Of a DNA stretch of 64,000 bases, positions 1-9,470 are shown piece by piece (the first letter of the stretch is position 1; each line of letters opens with the position of its first letter). The notes under the pieces are model-generated. The model saw only the letters and a program-made list of their open reading frames with translations, was not told the DNA's origin and ran no database searches. The translations under genes were made by a program, and so were the position numbers. This DNA is from Selenomonas bovis (GTDB lineage: Bacteria > Bacillota > Negativicutes > Selenomonadales > Selenomonadaceae): the NCBI GenBank assembly GCA_902763085.1, contig CACWQW010000010.1:8608-72607 (forward strand), read 5' to 3'.

Positions 1-461
1 ACCGGACGGCGCGGACGGTCTTTGCCTACGCATCGATGCCGGAGGAGGTGCAGCTCGATGCGCTGCTCGCCCGCGCGCTCGCGGACGGCAAGCGCGTCCT
101 CATCCCGTGGATCACAGGGCGCGGCACGATGGAGGCGGTGGAGCTCCCCTCCCTCGACGTGCTCGAGCGCGGTGCCTATGGCATCCGCAATGTGCCGGAG
201 CGCCTGCGCCGCGTCGTCGCGCCGGAGGAGATCGACCTCGCTGTCGTGCCGGGGGCGGCGTTCACCGCGGAGGGGGCGCGCCTCGGGCTCGGCGGCGGCT
301 ACTACGACCGCTACCTCGGCGTGCGTGCGCGCGGCGCGTACCGCGTCGCCCTCGCGTTCGACGCGCTCCTCGTGGACCGGGTGCCGATGGCGGCACATGA
401 CATCAATGTGGCGGAGATCCTCACGGAGTCGCGCCATCTGATTTGCAGGAAGAAACGGTGA
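1..461 (+). CDS. 5-formyltetrahydrofolate cyclo-ligase (5' partial)
   Basis: Frame open from the window edge; motifs IDLAVVPGAAF and RLGLGGGYYDRYL, C-terminal HD-x-x-V..I-L-TE. Confidence 0.92.
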   Translation, partial: RTARTVFAYASMPEEVQLDALLARALADGKRVLIPWITGRGTMEAVELPSLDVLERGAYGIRNVPERLRRVVAPEEIDLAVVPGAAFTAEGARLGLGGGYYDRYLGVRARGAYRVALAFDALLVDRVPMAAHDINVAEILTESRHLICRKKR

Positions 462-467
462 GGATAT

Positions 468-1544
468 ATGGAAATCAAGATTGGCATGGCGAAGACCGCC
501 AAGTATGCCAATGAGTACTGCGGCGATACCTGCGACCTCGCGGAGCGTCCGCACGGCGGCATCTCCGCCATCATCGCGGACGGCCAGGGCAACGGCCTCG
601 CGGCGCACCACACGAGCGGCCTCGTCGTGAACCGCGCGGTGCAGCTCATCGGCGAGGGCGCGCGGGACGGTGCCGTCGCGCGCACGGTGCACGACTACCT
701 CTACGCGATGAAGGACCGTAAGGTCTCGTGCACGCTCACGGTGCTCAGTGCGGACCTCGAGACGGAGACTGTCGTCATCAGCCGCAACTCCAACTGTCCG
801 ACGATCGTCGTGACGCCGGAGTATGAGAGCGTCTACGATGACGATGTCGCGCCCATCGGCGTGCACCGCCACATGAAGCCGCGCATGTACGAGGTGCCGT
901 TCTCGCCCGGGATGCTCGTCGTCTCGTATACGGACGGCATCGCGCACGCGGGCAGAAAGCAGACGGGACACGATGCGGACTTCGAGAAGATCATGGACAT
1001 CATTCGCAAGAACACGGCGGAGGATGTCGACTTCATCGCGCGCAGCATCATGGAGTACGCGCTCTTCCTCGACAAGGAGAAGGCGTCGGATGACATGACG
1101 GTCGTCGTGCTCGGTATCACGGAGGATTCCCCAGGGGCGAAGATCGAAGAGCTCAAGGCAGCGATGGGAGGGAGTGGCAGTATGAGGATTGCCATCGTCG
1201 GTGTCTGTGCGTCGGGGAAGACGACGCTCGTGGCGGGGCTGCGGGCGGCAGGCTACGACGCCTATAATGTAGCGCAGGAACATTCCTGCATCCATGACTT
1301 CTGGAACAAGCATCATCCCGACGTGCTCGTGATGATCGATGCGACGCTGTCGGCGATCCGTAAGCGCCGCCGTGTGCCGTGGGGTGAGGATCGCCTCGTC
1401 GTGCAGCACCAGCGGCTCGCCGATGCCCGCGCGCATGCGGATCTCTTCATCCAGACGGACGCGTTCGACGCGGACGCCGTGCGAGAGCAGGTCATCGCGT
1501 TTCTCAAGGCACGGCAGGAGTCGGAGGGTGCGCCGCCTGCCTGA
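468..1544 (+). CDS. SpoIIE/PP2C-like phosphatase domain fused in frame to a small P-loop (NMP-kinase-like) domain
   Basis: Phosphatase motifs CGD, ADGQG, YTDG and DDMTVVV; second domain begins MRIAIVGVCASGKTT at ATG 1182 with its own SD-like GGAGGGAG. Confidence 0.75.
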   Translation: MEIKIGMAKTAKYANEYCGDTCDLAERPHGGISAIIADGQGNGLAAHHTSGLVVNRAVQLIGEGARDGAVARTVHDYLYAMKDRKVSCTLTVLSADLETETVVISRNSNCPTIVVTPEYESVYDDDVAPIGVHRHMKPRMYEVPFSPGMLVVSYTDGIAHAGRKQTGHDADFEKIMDIIRKNTAEDVDFIARSIMEYALFLDKEKASDDMTVVVLGITEDSPGAKIEELKAAMGGSGSMRIAIVGVCASGKTTLVAGLRAAGYDAYNVAQEHSCIHDFWNKHHPDVLVMIDATLSAIRKRRRVPWGEDRLVVQHQRLADARAHADLFIQTDAFDADAVREQVIAFLKARQESEGAPPA

Positions 1545-1660
1545 CCTCCCACTTATGGCATGAGATAGAGAGGGAGTGCCCGCACGTGGCGCTCCCGAAG
1601 GGATGCAGAGCATCCGAGCAAACAGGAGCGCTCGCGCTCCGCGAGAAAGGATTGAATCAG

Positions 1661-2917
1661 TTGAGAAAAGACAGTCTGCTGAAACTCATCGTCTGCGTTG
1701 TGGCGATTGTCGGCATTTTCCTCGCATTCGTCCGTCCATTGGCGAATTCCATCCGCCAGGGACTCGACCTGCAGGGCGGCACGCACGTCGTGCTCGAGGC
1801 AGAGGATACGGATGTCGCCAAGGTCAACGACGATGCGATGAACCGCGTCGTCACCATCATGGAGAAGCGCGTCAACGCGCTCGGCCTCACGGAGCCGATC
1901 ATCCAGCGCGAGGGCGAGCGCCGCGTCATCATCGAGCTGCCGGGTGTCAAGGACCCGGACGCCGCCATCAAGACGATCGGCAAGACGGCGATGCTCGAGT
2001 TCAAGGATGAGGACGGCAACACGGTCCTTACGGGTACCGACCTCAAGGACGCACAGGCGGCGACGAACCAGCAGAATGGGCAGAACGTCGTCAACCTCGA
2101 GTTCACGGATGAGGGCGCGAAGAAGTTCGCAGACCTCACGTCGAAGAACGTCGGCCGCACGATCTCCATCCTGCTCGACGGCGAGGTGCTCACGGCGCCG
2201 AACGTGCGCGAGCCGATCCTCGGCGGCAAGGCGGAGATCTCCGGGCAGAGGTCGCTCGAGGAGGCACAGAACCTCGCGGTCGTGCTCCGGAGCGGTGCGC
2301 TGCCCGTGAAGGTCAACATCATCGAGACGCGTACGGTCGGACCGTCGCTCGGACAGGACTCCAAGGATAAATCGGAGTTCGCGTTCGCCGTCGGCATCGG
2401 CGCCGTGCTGCTCTTCATGCTGCTCTTCTACCGCGTCTCCGGCTTCATCGCCGACATCGCGCTCATGGCGTACACCGTCATGCTGCTCGCGCTGCTCTAC
2501 GTCCTCGATGCGACGCTGACGCTGCCGGGCGTCGCGGGTATCATCCTCAGCATCGGCATGGCGGTCGATGCGAACGTGCTGATTTTCGAGCATTTCAAGG
2601 AGGAGTACCAGATCCAGGGGAAGACGCTGCGCCTCTCGATGGATTCCGGCTTCAAGCGCGCGTTCACAACGATCTTCGACTCCAACGTGACGACGCTCAT
2701 CGCGGCGGGCGTGCTCTTCTTCCTCGGGACGGGGACGATCCGCGGCTTCGCCATCACACTCGGCCTCGGCACGCTGCTCTCGATGTTCACGGCCATCACG
2801 CTCACGCAGTACATGCTGAAGCTCATGATCGCCTCGAAAATCTTCAACAATCCCGCGGCGTACGGCGCGACGGGCTTCATGCTTTGGAAAAAGGAGGATT
2901 TGAAGAAGAATGCCTAA
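1661..2917 (+). CDS. secD: Protein translocase subunit SecD
   Basis: GLDLQGG, VGPSLG, LTLPGVAGIILSIGMAVDANVLIFE; TTG start after AAAGGA. Confidence 0.96.
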   Translation: MRKDSLLKLIVCVVAIVGIFLAFVRPLANSIRQGLDLQGGTHVVLEAEDTDVAKVNDDAMNRVVTIMEKRVNALGLTEPIIQREGERRVIIELPGVKDPDAAIKTIGKTAMLEFKDEDGNTVLTGTDLKDAQAATNQQNGQNVVNLEFTDEGAKKFADLTSKNVGRTISILLDGEVLTAPNVREPILGGKAEISGQRSLEEAQNLAVVLRSGALPVKVNIIETRTVGPSLGQDSKDKSEFAFAVGIGAVLLFMLLFYRVSGFIADIALMAYTVMLLALLYVLDATLTLPGVAGIILSIGMAVDANVLIFEHFKEEYQIQGKTLRLSMDSGFKRAFTTIFDSNVTTLIAAGVLFFLGTGTIRGFAITLGLGTLLSMFTAITLTQYMLKLMIASKIFNNPAAYGATGFMLWKKEDLKKNA

Positions 2918-3824
2918 ATTCGATCTTGCGGGCCATCGGAAACTCTTTTTCCTTCTTTCCGCGCTCATCATCATCCCCGGCATCATCTGCATGTTCGTGC
3001 GGGGCTTCAATTTCGGTATCGACTTCACGGGCGGCACGATCATCGACCTCAAGTTCTCGCAGCCGGTCACGATTGCCGAGGTGCGCACGAGCCTTGCGAA
3101 ATACGGCCTCGATGGCAGTACGATTCAGCTCTCCGGCGCGCAGTCGGATGTCACCGCGTCAGAGGACGTGATGATCCGCACGACGGACCTCGAGGAGGAC
3201 CAGCGCAAGGAAGTCATGGCGACGCTCAAGCAGGACGTCGGCGACTACTCGGTACAGCGTGAGGAGAAAGTCGGCGCGACCATCGGCGGTGAGCTCATCA
3301 CGAACGCGCTCGAGGCGCTCGTCATCTCCTGGGCGCTCATCATCCTCTACGTCGCCTACCGCTTCGAGTGGAAGTTCGGCGTCGCGGCGGTGCTCGCGCT
3401 CATCCATGATATCCTCATCGTGCTCTCCGTCTTCTCGCTCACGCAGCGGCAGATCGACTCCTCGTTCATCGCGGCACTCCTGACGATCGTCGGTTACTCG
3501 ATCAACGATACCATCGTCATTTTCGACCGCATCCGCGAGAACCTGCGCCTGCATTTCCGCAGGAACGGCGACGTGAACGCGCTCGTCAACACGAGCATCT
3601 ATCAGACGCTCACGCGTTCGCTCTACACGGTGTTCACGGTGCTCTTCACGACGTTCGCGCTGTACTTCTTCGGCGGCGAGACGACGAAGGACTTCGCGTT
3701 CGCGCTGCTCGTCGGCTTCGGCGTCGGCTGCTATTCGTCGATCTTCATCGCGAGCCCGCTCTGGATCGTCTTCCGCGGCTGGTCAGAGAAGCGCCACGCG
3801 GCGAAGGTCGCGGCGGCGAAGTGA
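2910..3824 (+). CDS. secF: Protein translocase subunit SecF
   Basis: GIDFTGGT, GYSINDTIVIFDRIREN; overlaps the secD stop. Confidence 0.96.
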   Translation: MPKFDLAGHRKLFFLLSALIIIPGIICMFVRGFNFGIDFTGGTIIDLKFSQPVTIAEVRTSLAKYGLDGSTIQLSGAQSDVTASEDVMIRTTDLEEDQRKEVMATLKQDVGDYSVQREEKVGATIGGELITNALEALVISWALIILYVAYRFEWKFGVAAVLALIHDILIVLSVFSLTQRQIDSSFIAALLTIVGYSINDTIVIFDRIRENLRLHFRRNGDVNALVNTSIYQTLTRSLYTVFTVLFTTFALYFFGGETTKDFAFALLVGFGVGCYSSIFIASPLWIVFRGWSEKRHAAKVAAAK

Positions 3825-3873
3825 GCCTGCACCCAGCACTTTTGGCAGGGACGTTTAGGAAAGGAGGAGCGCT

Positions 3874-5472
3874 TTGCTCCGCATCCAGGATTTTTCTGTG
3901 CCGTTCGATGAGGAGGCGCCACTCGAGCGCCTCGCAGCGAAGCGGCTGGGCGTGCGTAGAGAGGATATCCTCTCCGTGTCCGTCGTGCGCAAGGCGATGG
4001 ATGCGCGGCGCTATCATGGCGCGCCGCTGCTCTTCGTCTATGTGCTCGACGTCTCCGTGCGCAGCGAGCGCGAGGTGCTCGCGCGCCTGCGCCGCGATCG
4101 CCGCGTGACGCGGCGGCAGGAGGAGACGCGCCCAACGCTCCCGCAGAGGACGCTTCGCGCGGGAGAGCGGCGCCCCATCGTCGTGGGCTTCGGGCCCGCG
4201 GGGATGTTCGCCGCGCTCACGCTCGCGCGCGCGGGGCTCACGCCGCTCGTGCTCGAGCGGGGGCAGGATGTCGACACGCGCCACCGCGATATCCTGCGCT
4301 TCTGGCAGGGTGGCGCGTTCGATCCCGCCTCAAACGTCCAGTTCGGCGAGGGCGGCGCGGGGACGTTTTCCGACGGCAAGCTCACGACGCGCATCAGCGA
4401 TCCGCACATGCGGGACGTGCTCGAAGCGTTTGTCGCGGCGGGCGCGCCGGAGGAGATCCTCTACCTCCACAAGCCGCACATCGGCACAGACCTCTTGCGA
4501 ACGATTGTGAAATCGCTGCGCGAGGAGATCTGCCGCCTCGGCGGCGAGGTGCGCTTCGGCGCGCAGGTCACGAACGTGGAGCTTGCGGGCGGGCGGCTTT
4601 CCGCGCTCATCGTCGCAGGGGAGGAGCGCGTCGCGGCGGATACGGCCTTTTTCGGCATCGGTCACTCGGCACGCGATACGTACGCCATGCTCTACGAGCG
4701 CGGCCTCTCGATGGAGGCGAAGCCGTTCGCTATCGGCGTGCGCATCGAGCATCCGCAGGACTTCATTGACCGCGCGCAATACGGTGCGGACGCTGGTGAT
4801 CCGCGCCTCCCCGTCGCCGATTACGCGCTGACGTATCAGGACCGCGCGACGGGGCGCGGCGCCTACTCGTTCTGCATGTGTCCCGGCGGCCAGGTGGTCG
4901 CGGCGGCGTCGGAGGCGGGGCGGCTCGTGACGAACGGCATGAGCAACTACCGCCGCGACTCCGGCGTAGCGAATGCCGCGCTGCTCGTCCAGGTGACGCC
5001 GGAAGACTTCGGCCCCGGCGTGCTCGCAGGCGTCGCGTTCCAGAGAAAGTATGAGGCGCAGGCGTTCGCGGTGGGGGGCGGCGACTACTTCGCGCCCGTG
5101 CAGTCCGTGGGAGATTTCCTCGCGGGACGCGAGGGAAGCTGCGATTTCCTCGTGCCGCCCTCGTACGCGCCTGGCGTGCGGACGGCGCGGCTCACGGATT
5201 GCCTGCCGCCTGCGGTCTGCGCGACGCTCGCGCACGCGCTGCCGCACTTCGATCGCCGCATCCCCGGCTTCGCCGCGCCCGATGTGCCGATGACGGGCAT
5301 CGAGACGCGCTCGTCGGCACCCGTGCGCATCCGCCGCGACCGCCGGACGTTCCTGGCGGAGCGGACGCCCGGCATCTATCCCATCGGCGAGGGTGCGGGC
5401 TACGCGGGCGGCATCATGAGCGCCGCCGTCGACGGCATGAAGGCGGCGCTCGCCTACCTGTCGCAGACATGA
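3874..5472 (+). CDS. FAD/NAD(P)-dependent oxidoreductase (uncharacterised family)
   Basis: VVGFGPAG Rossmann motif, GEGGAGTFSDGKL, SFCMCPGG, GEGAGYAGGI. Confidence 0.88.
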   Translation: MLRIQDFSVPFDEEAPLERLAAKRLGVRREDILSVSVVRKAMDARRYHGAPLLFVYVLDVSVRSEREVLARLRRDRRVTRRQEETRPTLPQRTLRAGERRPIVVGFGPAGMFAALTLARAGLTPLVLERGQDVDTRHRDILRFWQGGAFDPASNVQFGEGGAGTFSDGKLTTRISDPHMRDVLEAFVAAGAPEEILYLHKPHIGTDLLRTIVKSLREEICRLGGEVRFGAQVTNVELAGGRLSALIVAGEERVAADTAFFGIGHSARDTYAMLYERGLSMEAKPFAIGVRIEHPQDFIDRAQYGADAGDPRLPVADYALTYQDRATGRGAYSFCMCPGGQVVAAASEAGRLVTNGMSNYRRDSGVANAALLVQVTPEDFGPGVLAGVAFQRKYEAQAFAVGGGDYFAPVQSVGDFLAGREGSCDFLVPPSYAPGVRTARLTDCLPPAVCATLAHALPHFDRRIPGFAAPDVPMTGIETRSSAPVRIRRDRRTFLAERTPGIYPIGEGAGYAGGIMSAAVDGMKAALAYLSQT

Positions 5473-5538
5473 TGAGGATTTGGCAGGCACGCGGAAGAGA
5501 AGGCGCGGCGCTGCCTTGAGATTGAGGAGGATATTTCC

Positions 5539-6798
5539 ATGGCAAGACTTTTTGGCACGGACGGCGTCCGTGGAGAGGCGAATGTGACCCTGATGCCGGA
5601 GATGGCGTACCGTCTCGGCCGTGCGGCGACGCTGTATTTCGGACGCGAGTCGGACGAGCAGCCGCTCATCCTCATCGGCCGCGATACGCGCATTTCCGGT
5701 GAGATGTTCGCCTCGGCGCTCACGGCCGGCATCTGCTCCGCCGGCGCCTCGCACAATCCGTTCCACGACAACGGCATCAAGTTCTTCGGCGGCGACGGCT
5801 ACAAGCTGCCCGACGCGGTCGAGGATGAGCTCGAGGCCATCGTGCATCAGCTCGAGCAGGATGACAACCTCGCGCGTCCCTCGGGCGACAAGATCGGTCA
5901 TATCGAATACCGTACGGATCTTTTGAACCAGTATATCGAGTTCGTACTCTCCACCTGCAAGGAGCGCTTCGACGGGATGAGCGTCGTACTCGACTGCGCG
6001 AACGGTGCCGCCTACGAGGTCATGCCGCGCGTGCTGCGCGAGCTCGGCGCGAAGGTCAAGGTCATCCACGCCCTGCCGAACGGCGTCAACATCAACGATC
6101 ACTGCGGCTCGACGCATCTCGAGTCGCTGCAGCGCGCCGTGCTCGAGAACCACGCGGATTTCGGCATCGCACACGACGGCGACGCCGACCGCTGCCTCTG
6201 CGTCGACGAGAAGGGACAGGTCATCGACGGCGATCATATCCTCGTGATGTGCGCGCAGGATATGATCAAGAAGGGCACGCTGCCCTACAATACGGTCGTG
6301 ACGACGGTCATGGCGAACATCGGCTTCCACAAAGCCATCAAGGCGGCGGGCGGCCGTGCGGAGGTCACGCAGGTCGGCGACCGCTATGTGCTCGAGAATA
6401 TGCTCAAGAACGGCTATAAGATCGGCGGCGAGCAGTCCGGCCATATCATCTTCACGGACTTCAGCACGACGGGCGACGGCCCAATCACGGCGCTCCAGGT
6501 GCTCTCCTCGCTCAAGCGCAGCGGCCGCAAGGCGTCTGATCTCACGAACCTCATGACGACGTATCCGCAGCTGCTCGTCAACGTCAAGGTCGCGACGAAG
6601 GACGGCTGGGAGGAGAACGAGGCCATCAAGGCGGCAATCGCCGCGGGCGAGCAGGAGCTCGGCAGCGACGGCCGCATCCTCGTGCGCCCGTCCGGCACGG
6701 AGCCGCTCATCCGCGTCATGGCGGAGGGACCGGATCAGGCACAGCTCGATACCATCTGCCATCGCATTGCCGATGTCGTGAAAAAGGAGCAGGGCTGA
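5539..6798 (+). CDS. glmM: Phosphoglucosamine mutase, with an apparent in-frame internal deletion just before ASHNP
   Basis: LFGTDGVRG, ASHNP, DGDADR, GGEQSGH, RPSGTEP; the usual PTP..AGIVIS segment is absent. Confidence 0.93.
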   Translation: MARLFGTDGVRGEANVTLMPEMAYRLGRAATLYFGRESDEQPLILIGRDTRISGEMFASALTAGICSAGASHNPFHDNGIKFFGGDGYKLPDAVEDELEAIVHQLEQDDNLARPSGDKIGHIEYRTDLLNQYIEFVLSTCKERFDGMSVVLDCANGAAYEVMPRVLRELGAKVKVIHALPNGVNINDHCGSTHLESLQRAVLENHADFGIAHDGDADRCLCVDEKGQVIDGDHILVMCAQDMIKKGTLPYNTVVTTVMANIGFHKAIKAAGGRAEVTQVGDRYVLENMLKNGYKIGGEQSGHIIFTDFSTTGDGPITALQVLSSLKRSGRKASDLTNLMTTYPQLLVNVKVATKDGWEENEAIKAAIAAGEQELGSDGRILVRPSGTEPLIRVMAEGPDQAQLDTICHRIADVVKKEQG

Positions 6799-7577
6799 TG
6801 CGGCAGGCCATCGTGCTTACGAGCTTCGGCGTCGCTGACGCCGCGGAGCGCGCACGGACCATCGACTGCATCGCACTCGACCTGCGCGCGAAGTTCAAGG
6901 ACTACGACGTGCTGGAGGCGTATACCTCGGCATTCCTGCGCAAAAAGATCCGCGCGCAGGAGGGGCGCGAGATTCCCGCGCTCCCTGACGTCCTCGAGCG
7001 CCTCGTGCGGGATGCCTATACGCGCGCTCTCATCCTGCCCACGCATCTGACAGCGGGCGAGGAGTACGAGGCGAAAATCCGCGCGCCCTACGAGGCGTAT
7101 CGCGACCGCCTCGCGGATCTGCGCCTCGCGGTGCCGGTGCTCGCGGGCGCGGAGGACGATCCGCGCGTGCTCACGGCGCTGCTCATGGATCTCCATGTAC
7201 GGCCGGGCGAGCAGCTCGTGCTCATGGGGCATGGTTCGCCGCACCGCCACAACCCCGTCTACGACGCGCTGCAGGCGCATATCGACAGCGAGGGGCTGCC
7301 CATCCATGTCGGCGTGCTCGAGCCGTCGGACACGCCGCGCTTCGACGATGTACTCGCGCGCCTGCGCGCGTCGGCGGCATCGGAGGTATTGCTCGCGCCG
7401 CTCCTCCTGACGGGCGGCCGCCATGTGCGCCAGGATCTCGCGGGCGAGCAGCCGGACTCCTGGGCGTCGCGCCTCCGCGCGGCGGGGTTTTCCGTGCGCG
7501 TGAGTATGCACGGCCTCGGTGAGTATCCCGCTTTCCGCGCGCTCTATCTCGCAAAGGCGGCAGAGGCACTGGCGTGA
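6798..7577 (+). CDS. cbiK: Sirohydrochlorin cobaltochelatase
   Basis: SFG, AYTS, GEEY, LMGHGS and G-x-H-x-x-x-DLAG...SW motifs of CbiK. Confidence 0.85.
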   Translation: MRQAIVLTSFGVADAAERARTIDCIALDLRAKFKDYDVLEAYTSAFLRKKIRAQEGREIPALPDVLERLVRDAYTRALILPTHLTAGEEYEAKIRAPYEAYRDRLADLRLAVPVLAGAEDDPRVLTALLMDLHVRPGEQLVLMGHGSPHRHNPVYDALQAHIDSEGLPIHVGVLEPSDTPRFDDVLARLRASAASEVLLAPLLLTGGRHVRQDLAGEQPDSWASRLRAAGFSVRVSMHGLGEYPAFRALYLAKAAEALA

Positions 7578-7619
7578 TAACCTGATGTTATCTATTTTTG
7601 AACAATAACCTATGGTAAT
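7576..7619. promoter_or_regulatory. Two LysR-type T-N11-A boxes upstream of the decarboxylase subunit genes
   Basis: GATAAC-CTGAT-GTTATC palindrome at 7576-7592 and ATAACCTATGGTAAT at 7605-7619 in an AT-rich spacer. Confidence 0.5.
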
Positions 7620-7713
7620 AGTTCAGATACAAAGAAAATATTTCAAATTGTATAAACAATAATATATAATGATGTACAAGACGTTCCTATCAATACTATA
7701 ATGAGGTGAGTGT

Positions 7714-8067
7714 ATGTCAGAGCCAGTAACGACGAATCCCTTTGTCATCATGCTGATCAACATGACGGTTGTCTTCATCGTCCTCATCTCCTTGGGGTTG
7801 GTCATCAACCTGATTCACGCGATCGACCCGACCAAGGAGAAGGCGGCTCCCAAGAAGGAGGCACCGGCGCCAGCGCCGGCACCTGCGGCGCCCGCTCCCG
7901 AGCCTGTGTCCGCGGACGGCGTATCGCCTGAGGTCATCGCTGTCATCGCCGCCGCGCTCGCGAGCTACGGCTACGGGCCGGCAGCCATCCGCGCCGTGCG
8001 TCCCATCGAGCGCGACGGCTGGAAGAACGCCGGCCGGAGCTTCGGCGTACAGCGGACGCTCGAATAA
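7714..8067 (+). CDS. Na+-translocating decarboxylase gamma/delta subunit (OadG/MmdD family)
   Basis: N-terminal TM helix (INMTVVFIVL), Ala/Pro linker, VIAVIAAALA, W-x-x-AGR. Confidence 0.85.
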   Translation: MSEPVTTNPFVIMLINMTVVFIVLISLGLVINLIHAIDPTKEKAAPKKEAPAPAPAPAAPAPEPVSADGVSPEVIAVIAAALASYGYGPAAIRAVRPIERDGWKNAGRSFGVQRTLE

Positions 8068-8088
8068 GACAGGAGGGGAGGAACCACC

Positions 8089-9219
8089 ATGGAAATCATC
8101 AATGCTTTTGTCATTTCGCTGCAGGCCGTCTGGGCGGACAGCGGCTTCTCGGCGTTCACGATGGGCAACGCCATCATGATCCTCGTCGGCCTCGTGCTTC
8201 TCTACCTGGCGATTGCCAAGGAGTATGAGCCGCTGCTGCTCGGCCCGATTGCTTTCGGCTGCATCCTCGCGAACTTCCCGCGCACGGGATTCCTCGAGGA
8301 TCCAGGTCTCATGCTCGCGATCCACTACGGCATCGCGAACGAGATCTTCCCGCCGCTCATCTTCCTCGGCATCGGCGCGATGACGGACTTCGGCCCGCTC
8401 ATCGCCCGTCCATCGACGCTGCTGCTGGGCGCGGCGGCGCAGATCGGCGTCTTCGTCTCGCTCGTCGGCGCGATGATGCTCGGTTTCACGGAGAAGGAGG
8501 CAGGCGCCATCGGCATCATCGGCGGCGCGGACGGCCCGACGGCCATCTACCTCTCCATCCAGATGGCGCCGCATCTCCTCGGCGCCATCGCGGTTGCCGC
8601 GTATTCCTACATGTCGCTCGTGCCGCTCATCCAGCCGCCGGTCATGAAGCTCCTCACGACGCAGAAGGAGCGCGAGGTCGTCATGGAACAGATGCGCACG
8701 GTCACGAAGTTCGAGCGCATCTGCTTCCCCATCGTCTCGGCCATCCTCATCAGCCTGCTGCTGCCGCCGATCGCCTCGCTGCTCGGCATGCTCATGCTCG
8801 GTAACCTCTTCCGCGAGTCGGGCGTCATGGATCGCCTCTCTGACACGGCACAGAACTCCCTCTGCAACATCGTCACGATCTTCCTCGCCACGGGCACGGG
8901 CATGACGATGAGCGCGGAGAGTTTCCTCGTGCCGCAGACGCTGCTCATCATCTTCCTCGGCCTCGTCGCGTTCATCTTCGGCACGGCGGGCGGCGTGATC
9001 TTCGGCAAGATCATGTGCCGCGCGACGGGCTGGAAGGTCAACCCGCTCATCGGCTCGGCCGGTGTCTCGGCTGTCCCGATGGCCGCGCGCGTGAGCCAGG
9101 TCGTCGGCATGAAGGCAAAGCCGGGCAACTACCTGCTCATGCATGCCATGGGCCCGAACGTCGCCGGCGTCATCGGCACGGCTGTCGCAGCCGGCACGAT
9201 GCTCGCGATGCTGAAGTAA
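8089..9219 (+). CDS. Na+-translocating decarboxylase beta subunit (OadB/MmdB family)
   Basis: [37 protein letters not shown]. Confidence 0.94.
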   Translation: MEIINAFVISLQAVWADSGFSAFTMGNAIMILVGLVLLYLAIAKEYEPLLLGPIAFGCILANFPRTGFLEDPGLMLAIHYGIANEIFPPLIFLGIGAMTDFGPLIARPSTLLLGAAAQIGVFVSLVGAMMLGFTEKEAGAIGIIGGADGPTAIYLSIQMAPHLLGAIAVAAYSYMSLVPLIQPPVMKLLTTQKEREVVMEQMRTVTKFERICFPIVSAILISLLLPPIASLLGMLMLGNLFRESGVMDRLSDTAQNSLCNIVTIFLATGTGMTMSAESFLVPQTLLIIFLGLVAFIFGTAGGVIFGKIMCRATGWKVNPLIGSAGVSAVPMAARVSQVVGMKAKPGNYLLMHAMGPNVAGVIGTAVAAGTMLAMLK

Positions 9220-9248
9220 GCGGCTGTTAAACATTTGTATTCCAAAAG

Positions 9249-9298
9249 AATCATCCGCACGGACACAAAGTGTCTCGCAGCGGGTGATTTTTCTTTTC
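9249..9298 (+). terminator. Intrinsic terminator after the decarboxylase beta gene
   Basis: AATCATCCGC...GCGGGTGATT stem followed by a T-tract. Confidence 0.65.
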
Positions 9299-9366
9299 TC
9301 ATGCCATTGAATGTACAAGAGTGTGCAATCCCAGTTGATAAGTTTACATAAATATTGCGTTATCTG

Positions 9367-9395
9367 TAGACAGACGATGGATTTTTTTGTATAAT
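9367..9395 (+). promoter_or_regulatory. Sigma-A-type promoter of lysC
   Basis: TAGACA-17 bp-TATAAT. Confidence 0.7.
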
Positions 9396-9470
9396 AGGGC
9401 GTAATTGGTTGTGAATCAGGGCGGCGGCTCTCCGCTGCCTTCGATGGACATATATGGTAGGGGGAGAATC

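Noticed and set aside
9396-9470. Lysine riboswitch upstream of lysC
   Set aside because: The leader is only ~70 nt and lacks the L-box motifs.
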